This document shows positions 41,559 through 55,400 of a DNA stretch of 64,000 nt, piece after piece. Position 1 is the stretch's first letter. Each line of letters begins with the position of its first letter. The stretch is from assembly GCF_001194135.2 (NCBI RefSeq), contig NC_068994.1, forward strand, positions 41,292,814 to 41,356,813, in the 5' to 3' direction. The DNA is from Octopus bimaculoides (taxonomy: Eukaryota). A program made the position numbers and the translations under genes. The notes under the pieces were generated by a model. That model made no database searches and was not told where the DNA came from. It saw only the letters and a list, made by a program, of their open reading frames with translations.

Positions 41559-42049
41559 ATATACATATATTTATATATATATATATACACGTACATATAT
41601 ATATATATATATATATATAGATATATATATAGCGAGAGAGGGGGGGGGGAGAATATTAGGTTTTGTTATAAGAAAATGTATTCAGTTTTTCTCTTTTCAA
41701 AAATGCTAACAGCCCTAAGACTGATATATTATCGTTGAATGAGTCTTTCAGAATCTGGCTTTTCAATGGCTGTGACAGTTTTTAGCTTCTTTCAATGAAA
41801 ATAATAAGGTTAACAAGATTTCTAATGCTATAATTTCATTGTGGTAATGTGAATGTCAAAATTGCTTTCTCTATTCTAGTGAAAAACATTTTTGATTGGA
41901 TACAAAACTAAACAGAGAAGTAGACTGTATGTTTATCGAGTTATGACTTGTGTTGTTATGGTTCATAGAGCTATAGATTCACATAGAGAGAAATGTAAGG
42001 TTTGAATATATAAGGCAATGCACGTGGTTATATTAACGTTGCCTTCCTC

Positions 42050-42610
42050 TTCCTTCTGTTTGATTACTAGCATCATTATCAATGTCGTCAACATCATTGT
42101 CATCACCATCATTGTCGTCGTTGTCATCATCATCATCATCATTATGATCCTCGTTGTCTGTTTCATCATTGAGACCACCACCATCATCATCCTCATCACC
42201 ACCATCCTCCTCCTCCTCCTCCTCATCATCATCATAATCATCATCACCATTGTCATCATCGTTGTCGTCATCACCACCATCGTCACCATCATCATCTCCA
42301 GCATCCTCATCATCATCGTCATCACTACCATCCTCATCATCATCATTGTCCTCACCATGATGATGATGATCATCGTCGTCACCATCATCGCCATCCTCAA
42401 CAGTGTCTTCATCATCTGTGTTTTCATCATCACCATCATTTTCATCTTCATTACCAACTCCCTCCTCTTCTTCATCATCGTCATTATCATTGTCGTCATC
42501 ATCATCATCATTACCATCATCATCATCATTATCATCATCATCATTATCATCATCATCATCATCATCATCCCTCTCTCATATCAACATCATTATCACTTTC
42601 ATCATCACTG
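42050..42610. repeat. Long degenerate (CAT/CAC/CCT)n trinucleotide array
   Basis: Directly visible; source of the poly-I/M/S ORFs. Similar arrays at 7100-7320, 16875-16940, 18960-19100, 33990-34200, 59230-59520. Confidence 0.9.
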
Positions 42611-43151
42611 TTATCATAGCTGCCATACTTTAACTCAAGCCCTATATTATAAGCAAACAACTGGGAGACACCATGCATTTTCCAGGTTCTCCATCATTTA
42701 TCTACCAACGAGGTCTTCTACTATGTTCTCCACTGATACAGAAAATGCTATGCATCTTTTTACTGTATGATGATTGAACTTGCCTCAAATTATTACTTGT
42801 ATAGTATTCAACTTTTAGTTTTTTATTAGCTTCAGTGATTGAATTACAATCATGCTGATGCTCAATCATTAAAGATTTAGTCAATGATATCAATCACAGT
42901 ACTTATTCCAGATTGGTAGAAGATGATTGCTTTAAGTGAACCGAGTGGTGGAAGAAATCCAGGAAGCATGTCACTTGGAAGTAAACTTCTTAATCACATA
43001 ACTATTCCTACAAATACAAACACATATAAAGCAAAAACATTTGCAATATTTAAGAATTGCTACTACAGGGACAGTAATTCAGGATCAGGTATTAATGAGA
43101 TATTTTCCTTGAGTGAGAGTGTAGAAGAGTGTGGGTGCGAGGAAGAAGGGG

Positions 43152-43194
<43 letters not shown>

Positions 43195-44176
43195 NNNNNN
43201 NNNNNNNNNNNNNNNNNNNNNNNNNNNNNNNNNNNNNNNNNNNNNNNNNNNNNNNNNNNNNNNNNNNNNNNNNNNNNNNNNNNNNNNNNNNNNNNNNNNN
43301 NNNNNNNNNNNNNNNNNNNNNNNNNNNNNNNNNNNNNNNNNNNNNNNNNNNNNNNNNNNNNNNNNNNNNNNNNNNNNNNNNNNNNNNNNNNNNNNNNNNN
43401 NNNNNNNNNNNNNNNNNNNNNNNNNNNNNNNNNNNNNNNNNNNNNNNNNNNNNNNNNNNNNNNNNNNNNNNNNNNNNNNNNNNNNNNNNNNNNNNNNNNN
43501 NNNNNNNNNNNNNNNNNNNNNNNNNNNNNNNNNNNNNNNNNNNNNNNNNNNNNNNNNNNNNNNNNNNNNNNNNNNNNNNNNNNNNNNNNNNNNNNNNNNN
43601 NNNNNNNNNNNNNNNNNNNNNNNNNNNNNNNNNNNNNNNNNNNNNNNNNNNNNNNNNNNNNNNNNNNNNNNNNNNNNNNNNNNNNNNNNNNNNNNNNNNN
43701 NNNNNNNNNNNNNNNNNNNNNNNNNNNNNNNNNNNNNNNNNNNNNNNNNNNNNNNNNNNNNNNNNNNNNNNNNNNNNNNNNNNNNNNNNNNNNNNNNNNN
43801 NNNNNNNNNNNNNNNNNNNNNNNNNNNNNNNNNNNNNNNNNNNNNNNNNNNNNNNNNNNNNNNNNNNNNNNNNNNNNNNNNNNNNNNNNNNNNNNNNNNN
43901 NNNNNNNNNNNNNNNNNNNNNNNNNNNNNNNNNNNNNNNNNNNNNNNNNNNNNNNNNNNNNNNNNNNNNNNNNNNNNNNNNNNNNNNNNNNNNNNNNNNN
44001 NNNNNNNNNNNNNNNNNNNNNNNNNNNNNNNNNNNNNNNNNNNNNNNNNNNNNNNNNNNNNNNNNNNNNNNNNNNNNNNNNNNNNNNNNNNNNNNNNNNN
44101 NNNNNNNNNNNNNNNNNNNNNNNNNNNNNNNNNNNNNNNNNNNNNNNNNNNNNNNNNNNNNNNNNNNNNNNNNNNN
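43195..44176. other. Assembly gap (largest N-run)
   Basis: Other N-runs at about 22670-22858, 28503-28512, 35670-35724, 36168-36177, 36547-36556, 40511-40520, 41083-41451, 45218-45338; most are bordered by microsatellites. Confidence 0.95.
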
Positions 44177-44220
<44 letters not shown>

Positions 44221-44655
44221 ATACTACATGAGCACCCGAATCACTAAAAATAGAAGTCAAAATTCTTCTAAGACACAAAATAATCACAAAATTAATACAA
44301 GCATGATAGGAGGAAAATTTAGTGAACAAGATTAGCATCCTACCTCCACCAAGTCTGCAAGAGGAATGCTGGATAATTTGATATCATGATTTCGAATCTA
44401 GCACCAATCAGTGCTTGAGTTTCCTTAACCAAATCTTCTGGGGACAGCTACTAGAAATTGCCTCTACCATACCTGTAAATTCATTTGAAGTGGTCAGACA
44501 CTTAGTGATACACTTAACAATGCAGGTGTTCATGTAGTACCCTTGTATATATATGTATATATCTTATATATATTTTATTAATTTTCTTGTATGGCATGTG
44601 CTCACACCCACCAACAATAGTATTTTTAAAATATTACCATTATTTAAAAATATCA

Positions 44656-44696
<41 letters not shown>

Positions 44697-45338
44697 GTAT
44701 GTATGTGCATACATATAGACATATTCACACATATATACATGCATATGCTCACATTAGCACTTGTAGTTCTTAGTGTAAAAACAAAGAACATTGAACTTGA
44801 AAATAGTGAGGGCATCTGGTTTGGTTTAATGATGATAGTAATGAGTGAAACCTATAAATTGAGGCATTCTATGAAATTTATAATGAATTCACATTCATAA
44901 GATTGGCACATTGAAGAAGTCAGGTCAAACTATGGCTAAGGAAAATGGTTGCTACAGAAGTCTTGCATGCAACACCATTTGAAGGAAAACCTATTTCATA
45001 TAAAGCAAAAACATTTGCAATATTTAAGAATTGCTACTACAGGGACAGTAATTCAGGATCAGGTATTAATGAGATATTTTCCTTGTCAAAGAGAAGAGAA
45101 TATTTTGAATCAATTTTGAAGTGAACATCAAAAGGGGGAGAATATTATCAGCAAATGGAAAGGAAGTGGATTGAAGAGGGGAGCAGAGTGAGAGTGTAGA
45201 AGAGTGTGGGTGCGAGGNNNNNNNNNNNNNNNNNNNNNNNNNNNNNNNNNNNNNNNNNNNNNNNNNNNNNNNNNNNNNNNNNNNNNNNNNNNNNNNNNNN
45301 NNNNNNNNNNNNNNNNNNNNNNNNNNNNNNNNNNNNNN

Positions 45339-45379
<41 letters not shown>

Positions 45380-45519
45380 TGAGTGAGAGACAGAGATGAT
45401 GGGAAAAGAATAAAGGAGGACAGAAATATTAAAGGGATGGAAGGTCAACTTTATGAAATAGTAGTGAAGGAGCAGTGGTGATTTTCTTTTAAAGCAAATT
45501 TTATCAGTAAATTAGAATT

Positions 45520-45930
45520 TATTTCTGCTCATGTAAACAAGGAGTAAATGTTTCTGACTTGGCATTTATGTATGTTCTAAGCATGAAGCAGCTTTTAACA
45601 AGCCATCTTTTCCCTGCTTTGCACATTCTGCACTTTTCATTGCCATTGAAAAATGCTTTGTTTTTCTCCAACATCCTCACTTTGATGTGACAGTCAGTGG
45701 CCTTTTCCTTCAATTGCCTTATGTACTTGGACAGTGCAGTGATATTTGCCTCTTGAATTCTTCTAAGATGTGGTGTTGTCATGTAGATATTTCTGGGGGG
45801 AAGTTTGTATCAATCTTATATAGCACTTCAAGCCTGGATTTCATTTCAGTCTCATATTCAATGGCTTCCATGCTATTGGTATATGAATGGGCAAGTAAAA
45901 GTATTTCTGAAAGAACAACCAGCCTCAGTA
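45520..45930 (-). mobile_element. Penelope-like element 3' remnant (GIY-YIG endonuclease)
   Basis: YIRL.DTNF (YIG-like) followed by TALSKYIRQLKEKATDCHIKVRMLEK...GNEKCRMCKAGK...INAKSETFTPCLH, the typical Penelope GIY-YIG C-terminal pattern. Confidence 0.7.
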
Positions 45931-46675
45931 CTAGGAGTGGGTTAACACTAAAGAATACTCTTTATACAGTTTTCTAAAGGAAAGACTTATCAGCTAAGAC
46001 TTGTCAACATAGGCTTACCTATGCATGACATAAAATTAAATGAGAAAGGAGGTATGAAATAAGCCATATTGAGTTGTTGCTTTTTTGTGGTCTCAGGTTT
46101 AATGTATAAGTGATTGCTGCCAGAGTGCTACAATAATTGGGTCTGCATTGTCAAAACTTCCACACTACCAAAGGATACAGATGAGATCTCTGCACACTTT
46201 TTGCTTCCTGGAAGACTACATGCAAGTCTATGTAGTAGCTATTTTACCTTGGCAGAGTTTGATGCAGATCCATAACATGTTGATCTGATGTGTTTTAATT
46301 AATTAGTCATTGCACATAAAATTTATTTGTTACAATGATCATCATTAAACTAAATAATACTCTATTGTATTATATTATATCATATTATAATATAAACATG
46401 TGTATGTGTGTGTAGGTGCATAACTGGGTGGTTAGGGTGTTGCATACATTATCGTAAAATTGTGGTTCTGATTCCTGATATAGGGGATGCCGTATGTTCT
46501 TGAGCTAGACACTTTATTCCATGTTGCTCCTGTCCACTCAGCAGGCAAAAATGAGTAATTTATGCTGGGGAGGATATATATGGCACAGAATGAAAAAAAA
46601 CAACCATATGAACCTATGGCTCAGAAAGGATCTTAGATACTTTTTATGATATATATATATATATATATATATATC

Positions 46676-47148
46676 ACCGAGGCAATGACTAGTGACCGGG
46701 ACCTTTGGAAATATGCAGTACGTGAGAAGACCTGGCAAGCCAAGTGAAAGCATAATCTGTGGCCTCTGCCAGAAGTGTAGCCAGCTCACTTATTCGTATC
46801 TTTACTTCATTGGACACTAAACTCTGCTTGCAAAGACCTGTTGAGGCAAGTGAAATCGAAATCGTAATTGAACCATATACGATGACTGGCACCTGTGCCA
46901 GTGGAGCACTAACATCACTGTCAGAGCATGTTCATTGCCAGAGCAGCTGTCTGGTTTTCATGCTAGTGGCCCGTAAAAGCACCCACTACACTCTCAGAGT
47001 GGTTGGCGTTAGGAAGGGCATCCAGCTGTAGAAACTCTGCCAGATCAGATTGGAGCCTGGTGCAGCCTTCTGGCTTGCCAGTCCTCAGTCAAATCATCCA
47101 ACCTATGCTAGCATGGAAAGCGGACGTTAAATGGTGATGATGATGATA
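46676..47148 (+). mobile_element. 3' end of an RTE-type LINE / LINE-tailed repeat with (GAT)n tail
   Basis: Terminal codons TEAMTSDRDLWKYAVREKTWQAK* followed by a 3' UTR ending ...agcatggaaagcggacgttaaatggtgatgatgat. The same tail occurs at about 24790-25015, 28620-28760(-), 29480-29650, 33850-34080, 35760-36000(-), 57090-57250. Confidence 0.65.
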
Positions 47149-47150
47149 TG

Positions 47151-47181
<31 letters not shown>

Positions 47182-47679
47182 ATATATATGTATGTATGTA
47201 TGCATATATATATGACCTTGTCCTTTCAGTTTCTATCTGCCATATCCACTTATGAGGCTTAAGGCAGCCCAAGGTCATAGTAGGAGATACTTGCTCAAGG
47301 GGTCATGCAATGGGACTGAACCCGAAACCATGTGATTGTGAAACAAACTTCTTATTACATAACACTTATACCTTATCCCACAGCCATATCTGCAGCTTTA
47401 TATGCATATATATAATATGCATTTTTTCACTTTCCATCTAGCAAATCAACTCACAAGATTTTGGTAAGGTATAATAGTTTTTATAAGTCTGTTTCCTTCT
47501 CTGTGTATTTCTGAAGCATTCTACTTCATGATAAATCATAAAAGAAACTAATTAGGGCAATCTGTTGGAGAAACCATGCCAAAAAGACACCAGAGCATGA
47601 TTGAATCCCCTGACTCATCAGATCCAGTCAAACTATTCAGCCCATGCCGACATCTTGGAAGACAGGCATTAAATGATGG

Positions 47680-47710
<31 letters not shown>

Positions 47711-48399
47711 GATGGTGATGATGATGAAGAGGAGGAGATTCTTACATCTTTTTCATTGTGACTCCCACCCCAATTCTTTCACACATTAGCCTTCATGCCT
47801 TTGGTCTGATATATTACCATAACTGTCCATATTTTTTTTGCATTGTCTCCCACCATACAAGAAATAATAGGTAAGTGTCCTTTACATCATACCTACTCAT
47901 ATCTTAGAAAAAGATAGGACACATTATGGTTATGTAGCTCTAGATATACAATGTTTGAAATAAATAAGGGTGATGGTCATGGGTGGAAGTTCTTTGATCA
48001 TCAATTACTCAATCAGAGCTGACTCATGCCTAAACAACAACAGCAACACCAATGTGCTTTTTCTCTTGTTGTTTGTTCTGTTCCTTTTGTTGTTTATTAT
48101 ATTTTCTTCTTTCAACTTTGTAGAATTTATTTATGAAAATCCACAAAAACTTCAGATTTTTTTGTTTCAATTATGTTTTGTTTCGTTGGAATGTGCTAAA
48201 GCCTTAAACTATTGATTTGTTCCTTGTACGTGTGTGTGTGTGCGTGCACATGTACATGTTCGTGTTTGGGAGTGTGTGTGTTCGACTTTCAGTTACTGGG
48301 TGTGTGTATGTGTGGATGTAAGCAGATTCATATTGAATCGGTTGATCTCTCAAGAACCAAAGCAGTGATACAAAGGGAAAATATATATATATCTATATA

Positions 48400-48441
<42 letters not shown>

Positions 48442-51397
48442 CATACATATATGTATATATATATTATATGTTATTATGTGTATATACAGAAATTTTCTAC
48501 ACGCCTCATTTCATATATTTGTATGTGTGTATGTACAGTTACAGACACACACTGACATGCATATACATGTGTGTATGTCTGCAAGCATAATATATATATT
48601 TACATATAAATACATAAATCCATATTTATCTGGGCATTTATTTATTTTTATTCTCCTAATAGAAAAGAGGGAAAAATATATTGTAAAAAGAAGTGATTTC
48701 ATGCCTTCGAAGAATAATTTTATTGGGACTTGGCGTATTGTGAAGAAATTGTTCAATAATAACTGACAATGATGTCTGTGATAATGATAGTAAAACCTAT
48801 TTAATAGAGGATTCTATTTTGAATCTGAGTTAACGGTTTGGAAATCTTCCAACAAACAATTCTTTTTTAATTTCATTTAAATATTTAAATGTTGCAGATA
48901 ACAGCAGTCTATAAAGCCATTTACTCATTGAATGGTTGAAGAAATACCATTTAGCTATTTGTTCATAGCAATATTACAAAAATATTTCCCCTTCCCTCCA
49001 CTAAGAATATTATTTCACTAACATATATACTCACATACATACACACACACACATACATACATACATAGTATACATATAGATATATATATTTGTGTATGTA
49101 TATATATGTGTGTGAGTGTATATGGTGACACACCTACACACACATACATCATATATATATATATATGCATTTATATACATACATAACATATATGTAGATA
49201 TTTGTGTATGTATATATATATATGTGTGTGGGTGCATATATATATATAGACACATCTACACACATACATACATCATATACATGCATTTATAGATTTATAT
49301 GCATATACATACATGTATATACATATATGTGTGTGTGTATGTGTACATGTATTTATGTACATGTTATATGTATATATATCTGAGTGATATGATTGTCTGT
49401 GTGTATATGTATGTGCATGCATGTGTGTATTATTATAAAGCTTGTTATACGATACACACATACATAAAATTTTTTTGTGAATTTGTAAAAAGCATCCCAT
49501 AATTTAAATCTAAGCAAAGTATCCAGATGAGGTGCCTCCATGTTGCATTTGAAATATATCTTTTAGATTGAATTTGATTCAAACTCACATTGTTGTTGTT
49601 TGTTTTATATTATCTGAGTATTACTTTCCCTTTTTCGTTGTTTTCCTTTTTTTTATTTTTTTCATTTCTTTTCACAAGAAAAAAAAATCCTAATGTTATT
49701 CTCAGTCAGTAATCATAGAATATTATAATGGACAAAAATGGTTAAAGCATTCTGAAATGTTTGTCATGTTTCCAGAATAACATTTATTCTGCTACATAAT
49801 TACTATACAGGAAGCTATTCTACGTTCCTGTTTGTCGGTTCCTATTTATATTTTCCTGATAAATTTAGCTGGTTTGTTTTGGAATTTATGGATGATGTGT
49901 TTTGTAGAAAAACAGAAAGAAATGTCAAGCTGTCTTTTAAATACAGTGTTTCGATGAAGAAACTTTAAATCTTCTCTAACGATTTTGCAACAGTTTTAAT
50001 AAAAAAAAAAAAATCTATTAAGATATTCAATTAAAATATCTATTTGGATGAGAAAATAAACGAAAACTTGTATTTTTCTCATCATTATTAGCATTGTTTG
50101 TTCTTCAAAGGTGAGATCATTGGAATCATGTGTATCACATTTCCATTCCTGTTGATTCTGTTGGCTGATTTTAGCTGAGTTTTCGTTCATTGGTTATTTT
50201 CCCCACTCTCAGGTTGGTTATTTTCCACACTCTTAGCATTTCACATGTTTAATGGCTAAACCTTTTGCTACCATATTTCTGTTTAAATACAGTCTTTGTT
50301 TAAATTGATAATGAAAATAATGAATTGTTATTTGTACTGTGAACAGTGAGATCTGAAGCAATAACTTGCATATTTATTCATAATATGTTGCAGCAGATTT
50401 GAATTCAAATATTATGATCACTGTTGCATACATCACAGGGAAACAACTTCTCTTTTAAAGATAACAATATTTTCATAACACACTTGACTCCTTGGTGCAA
50501 AGGATTCTGGGACACCAGTGTTTGAACATGTTGTGCTTTTGTCAGTCAGAAGCATCTCCAGAACTTGACTCTAAACAAGAGCCAGTGGCTTTTGCTTAAA
50601 AAATCAGAAAACAAACTGCTTACTGATCCACCCTGAAATCTGTCAACTGGTAGTAAATCATTATTTGCATTGTGAACAGCAAAATCGGAAATGATGAAAA
50701 TAAAGAAGAATTTAACAAAATAACTATGCCATTATTAAGTTTGTGTAAAGTGGTAAGCTGGCAGAATCATTAGCATGTCAGGCAAAATGCTTAGCAGCAT
50801 TTCATCTGTCTTTACGTTCTGAGTTCAAATTCCCCTAAGGTTGACTTTGCCTTTCATCTTTTTGGGGTCAATAAATTAAGTATCAGTGAAACACTGGGGT
50901 CGGTGTAATTGACTAGTCCCCTCCACCCAAGTTTGAGAGCCTTGTGCCTTTAGTAGAAAGGATTATTATTATTATCATCATTATTAAACAAGGCAGTGAG
51001 CTGGCAGAATTGTAAGCATTCCAGGTGGAATGCTTAGTGGCATTTTGTCCGTCTTTGTTCTGAGTTCAAATTTCACCAAGATCAACTTTACCTTTCATTC
51101 TTCCAGGGAAGATAAATTAAGTACCAGTAAAACACCAAGGTCCATGTAATCAAGTGTGCCGTCCCCTAAAGTTTCAGGCTTTGTAACTTTAGTAGAAAGG
51201 ATTAAGCTGGTGGTTGGAACTTAAATTAACCTGAAACTTTGATGCAAGGTTTTAATTTAGATCCTTTAGAACAGTAAGTTTATATCACAAGACCAGGGGC
51301 AATCTTAGGTGATTTGGTATAAAAATGGTATTAAAAAAATGTTGGGGCTTATATGTCACCAGATCAGAAGTGAGTATAAAATCAAGCAAGCCTTTCT

Positions 51398-51627
51398 TTA
51401 ACCCTTTAGCATTCAGGTTACTTTGTCAAATGTTATTGCTTATTTATTCATATTGTTTTGAATTAATCATGTATTATCTTGTAGCTTCAAGATTTCAGAT
51501 AATGTGATTCTTTACTTTAAGAATGAAATTGTCATGTAGATATGAGAGGCCACATCTCGCTAGTTTGAACTAAAAACAGGTAGAATATTCAAGCTGGATA
51601 AGGCCAGTTTAAATGCAAAAGGGTTAA
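51398..51627. mobile_element. piggyBac-like MITE, best-preserved copy
   Basis: TTAA|ccctttagcatt...aaatgcaaaaggg|TTAA; TTAA TSD and CCC/GGG ends are the piggyBac superfamily signature. Confidence 0.8.
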
Positions 51628-52378
51628 ATTCACTACAACTACTGCCCTGCTACACACAGAATTCGGTGGATACGACTACTCGATTTTTCCCTATTAATAT
51701 CAAAACTTCAGCAAGAACCCAATCTGATTCAGGTCAACAAGCAGTCAAAAGGCCAAAGAACTGTCATTGATCCTGAGGTTATCAGAAATTTCTATGAGTT
51801 CAATAATCATTTATGGAAAGCTTTACAATTCCAGTTTAAGCTTCTTGTATGAAGCAGGCTGATCCGAGACAAAAGATCAAACTTCCATTTTAACATATTT
51901 AATTATTTATGGAGAATATTAATTAATGAATATTGATAACAAAAAAAGAAACAAAAAAAAAATTTACTGCTTCATTCTGCAATAACATTGCATTGTTGAT
52001 TTTTCTCAGAGGACTATCTACTTTTCAGTTTTTATTTCCATTGGATTTTCTCCATATTGAATAACTCTCAGGTGTATATGCATGTTTTTATTTTGTCTTC
52101 TGTTATTATTATATGTGATGTTTGGGAATAAATGCAATTTGAAACTGCACATGCAAAAAAAAAACAAACAGAGATATACATACACATATATGCTAATATA
52201 AATATATATATAAATGTGTGTGTGTGTATAGGTATGTATATGTATGTATACACACACAAACACATATACGTATGTATATGTGTGTTTCTTTGCATGTCTT
52301 TGTGTGTACACATCTTCACATATAGTTATTCATACACATATATATGCAAGTATATATATATCTATATCTATATCTATC

Positions 52379-52410
<32 letters not shown>

Positions 52411-55400
52411 TACACATGTAAATATACATATATATCAGATCCACGCATTCACATATACACATATATTAATCTATAATTCCATATTAAGTTTCCCAAAAAC
52501 TTTTTTCTATCTCCTCTAACGACATTATGCTAATTATTACCTAGTGTGATAATTTCTCTGAATGTCAAATGTTAGCCACTCATAAACATTCTTTATTGCA
52601 GCAAATAATACATCGTTTGTTTTTATTATTAAACAACTGTGCTCTCTTGCAGCACCTCTGGGAGAAACAGAACCAAAGGAAACAAAAACGACTTCCCACC
52701 AACTGTTTATTTGTTCAGGACATCCTTCTGGGAATTTTGACTTTTCTCATGACTAAAATATACCCTTAGAGAATATTGAAAATTACATATTCATTATCTT
52801 AATGTGATTAGATAAAAGTAATAGATGCAACGATTCTTATCTAAAAAGCACCATATTAAAAAAAAAAATCCTTCCTTCTCTCTCACTCTCTCTCTCTCAT
52901 AAACATTGACTTTAAATGTAAACTCTTTCTCTCTCCCTACCCCTCTCATGGGCATCCCCACTCATATCCATACAACTATGTAAGTATAGAACTTAAAACT
53001 AAGAGACAGACAGACCTAAAGCTGTTTACTCCAGGCCAGTTATTGCTGTATTCATACTGAGATATAATCTCTAATGGATGAACTGAGTTAAAAACACAGC
53101 TCAGTGGTTAGAGCATCGGGTTCAATCATGAGGTCGTGAGTTCGATTCCAAGACTGGGCTGTGCATTGTGTTCTTAAGCAAAACACTTTATTTCAAAGTA
53201 CTCCAGTTCACTCATCTGTAGAAACAAGTTGCAACATCTCTGGTGCCAAGTTGTATCGGCCTTTGTCTTTTCCTTGAATAACATCAGTAGTTTGGAAAGA
53301 GAAGGGTTGTATGCATGGGTGACTGCTGCTCTTCCATAAACAACCTTGTCCAGACTTCTGCCTTAGAGGGGAAATTTCTAGGTACAATCCTATGGTCATT
53401 CATGATCGAAGGGGTCTTTACCCTTTATAGTAGGGAGGCAAAAATTACCCCAGCAGTGGCCAACAAAAATATAAGATGCATTTTTGGTTCTTTTGGGCCT
53501 TCTCAATGACATGTATTGCATGAATGACTTGATGTAGGGAGGACATGGCATTGAAGAGGTCATGAATGACAACGAAAGCACTCTGACAAACCTGATTGAT
53601 TGATTAACTGAATGATTAATCAAACAATTGATTAGTTACTAAGTTAAATAGTTAATCAATTAACTAATAAAGATGAAGAAGTGAAATGGAACCAGTGCCT
53701 GTGTTTATTATTGGTGTAATGTCCCTACCAAGGTACAACAAAATTAGTCACAACACACAAGTTAATATCAAGAATATTGCAAACCAAGTACAAAAAAAAA
53801 GACAAAATAATTATTATATTGATTTACATCTTAGTTCCTTATTTGATTTTTTGATTATTTGTTATAATTATTTTATTTGTTTTTTTCTTTTTTGCATAGT
53901 TTGTAGATAAATGAGAATCATCTGTCTAATCAACAAATATTATTTAAATAAAAAGATAAAGGCAGCCTTTACAAAAGAAATTAAGTATCAGTCTTAATTA
54001 ACATCAGATTTATTACAAATTGCTAAACATTTGCCTTCTCTTAAAGATTTTTAATTAACTGAATTATCATATAGTTTCTCATCATTTACAGGTAATTAAT
54101 TCTGTAATGCATTGTAGGATAAGAACAAGAAAGTGATTCTCTAGGTTAATAAATTACCAAATAAATATACTTCAAAACTATTCTTTGTCATAAAATATAC
54201 TTCAAAGCAAATAGTGCAAATGCTTAATTTTTATTTATTTCTTATTTTTATTCTCTTCATTTTATTTATTTTGTATGCTTTTACTTGTTTCAGTCATTGA
54301 TGCTAGAGTGCATCCATGCAGGGGCATTGCCCTCAAGGGTTTGGTGAAACAAATAGACTTCATATTTATTATTATTATTATTATTGGTGTTTATTCTATC
54401 AGCGCCTTTTGCCAAACCACCAAGCTGTAAGGAGCTAAACAAATTAACACCAGTTGACATGTGGTGTGTGTGTGTGTGTGATGGGAGGGAACAAACATAT
54501 GAACAAACACAAGCATTCACATGTATACACACACATGCACAGTATATATGTGTACATATACACATGATAGGCTTCCATACAGTTTCCATCGACTAAATTC
54601 ACTCACAAAGTATTGGCTAGCCTGAGGCTAAAGTAGAAGACACTTGCCCAAGATGGCATGCCGTGTGACTGAACCCAAAACCTTGTGGTTGTAAAGCAGG
54701 TATCTTAACCATACAGTTATGCTTGCATCCATTTATTTGTTACTTATTTTTCATGATTTCATCCTGACCTTTTTCAGGGTCTCTGTTTTTATGATAAAAA
54801 AAAAAGATGAAAGTTCTTGATAATCTGAAGACTAGCATGGATTCAGTTAAAGGCAACAAAGATCCAGGTGATGGTGCTAAACTATAATTCTATTGGGTGG
54901 CCCCTATCCAAAGACTTGGACTCATTCCCCTTGTTAGAGTTGCAAATGTGGAATACATTAGAAACCAGACTACTCTAAGTCTATGCAAGAAATCTCTACT
55001 ACAAGACAATGCTAAATTTTCAGCAATACATTTTCCTATAGTGCTGAACTATGCTACAATGCATTATCTTATTGTATATAGGTCATTGTTGCTGTTTAAA
55101 CCCATGTTTGAGTAAGCCACCCTCTGATCAAAGACATTCCAACTTTGTCTAATCTATCATTTTAGCTGTAACTAGGGCTACATTATCTAATGTGTCCCAT
55201 TCTTTCTTAAGATACTTATTTCCCACTTTTCAGGAAGGTTGGTTGCTATTTCTAGTCAGACAATCAACCACAGAGAGTGTCCCTCATTATTTCCAGTGAT
55301 AAAGGATAAGTATAGAACAGTGGCCAAACCATGCTGATTCCATTGTTGTTTTTCTAAATACCCTTATTGATTTCACCATCCCTACTTTCCTCTTAATGAA

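Noticed and set aside
43020-45217. Near-identical ~120-bp duplication (43020-43145 vs 45000-45217, differing by a ~105-bp indel)
   Set aside because: Both copies end at N-gaps; most likely uncollapsed haplotypes or a scaffolding artefact.
49925-49985. Minus-strand GAAGA..TCTTC-ATC-GAAA-CACTG-TA
   Set aside because: Lacks the CUGANGA core and stem I.
46000-54100. Zero-length AG|GT motifs resembling recursive splice sites (46015 minus, 50107 plus, 54090 plus)
   Set aside because: Expected by chance in 64 kb of AT-rich DNA, and no host gene is established.
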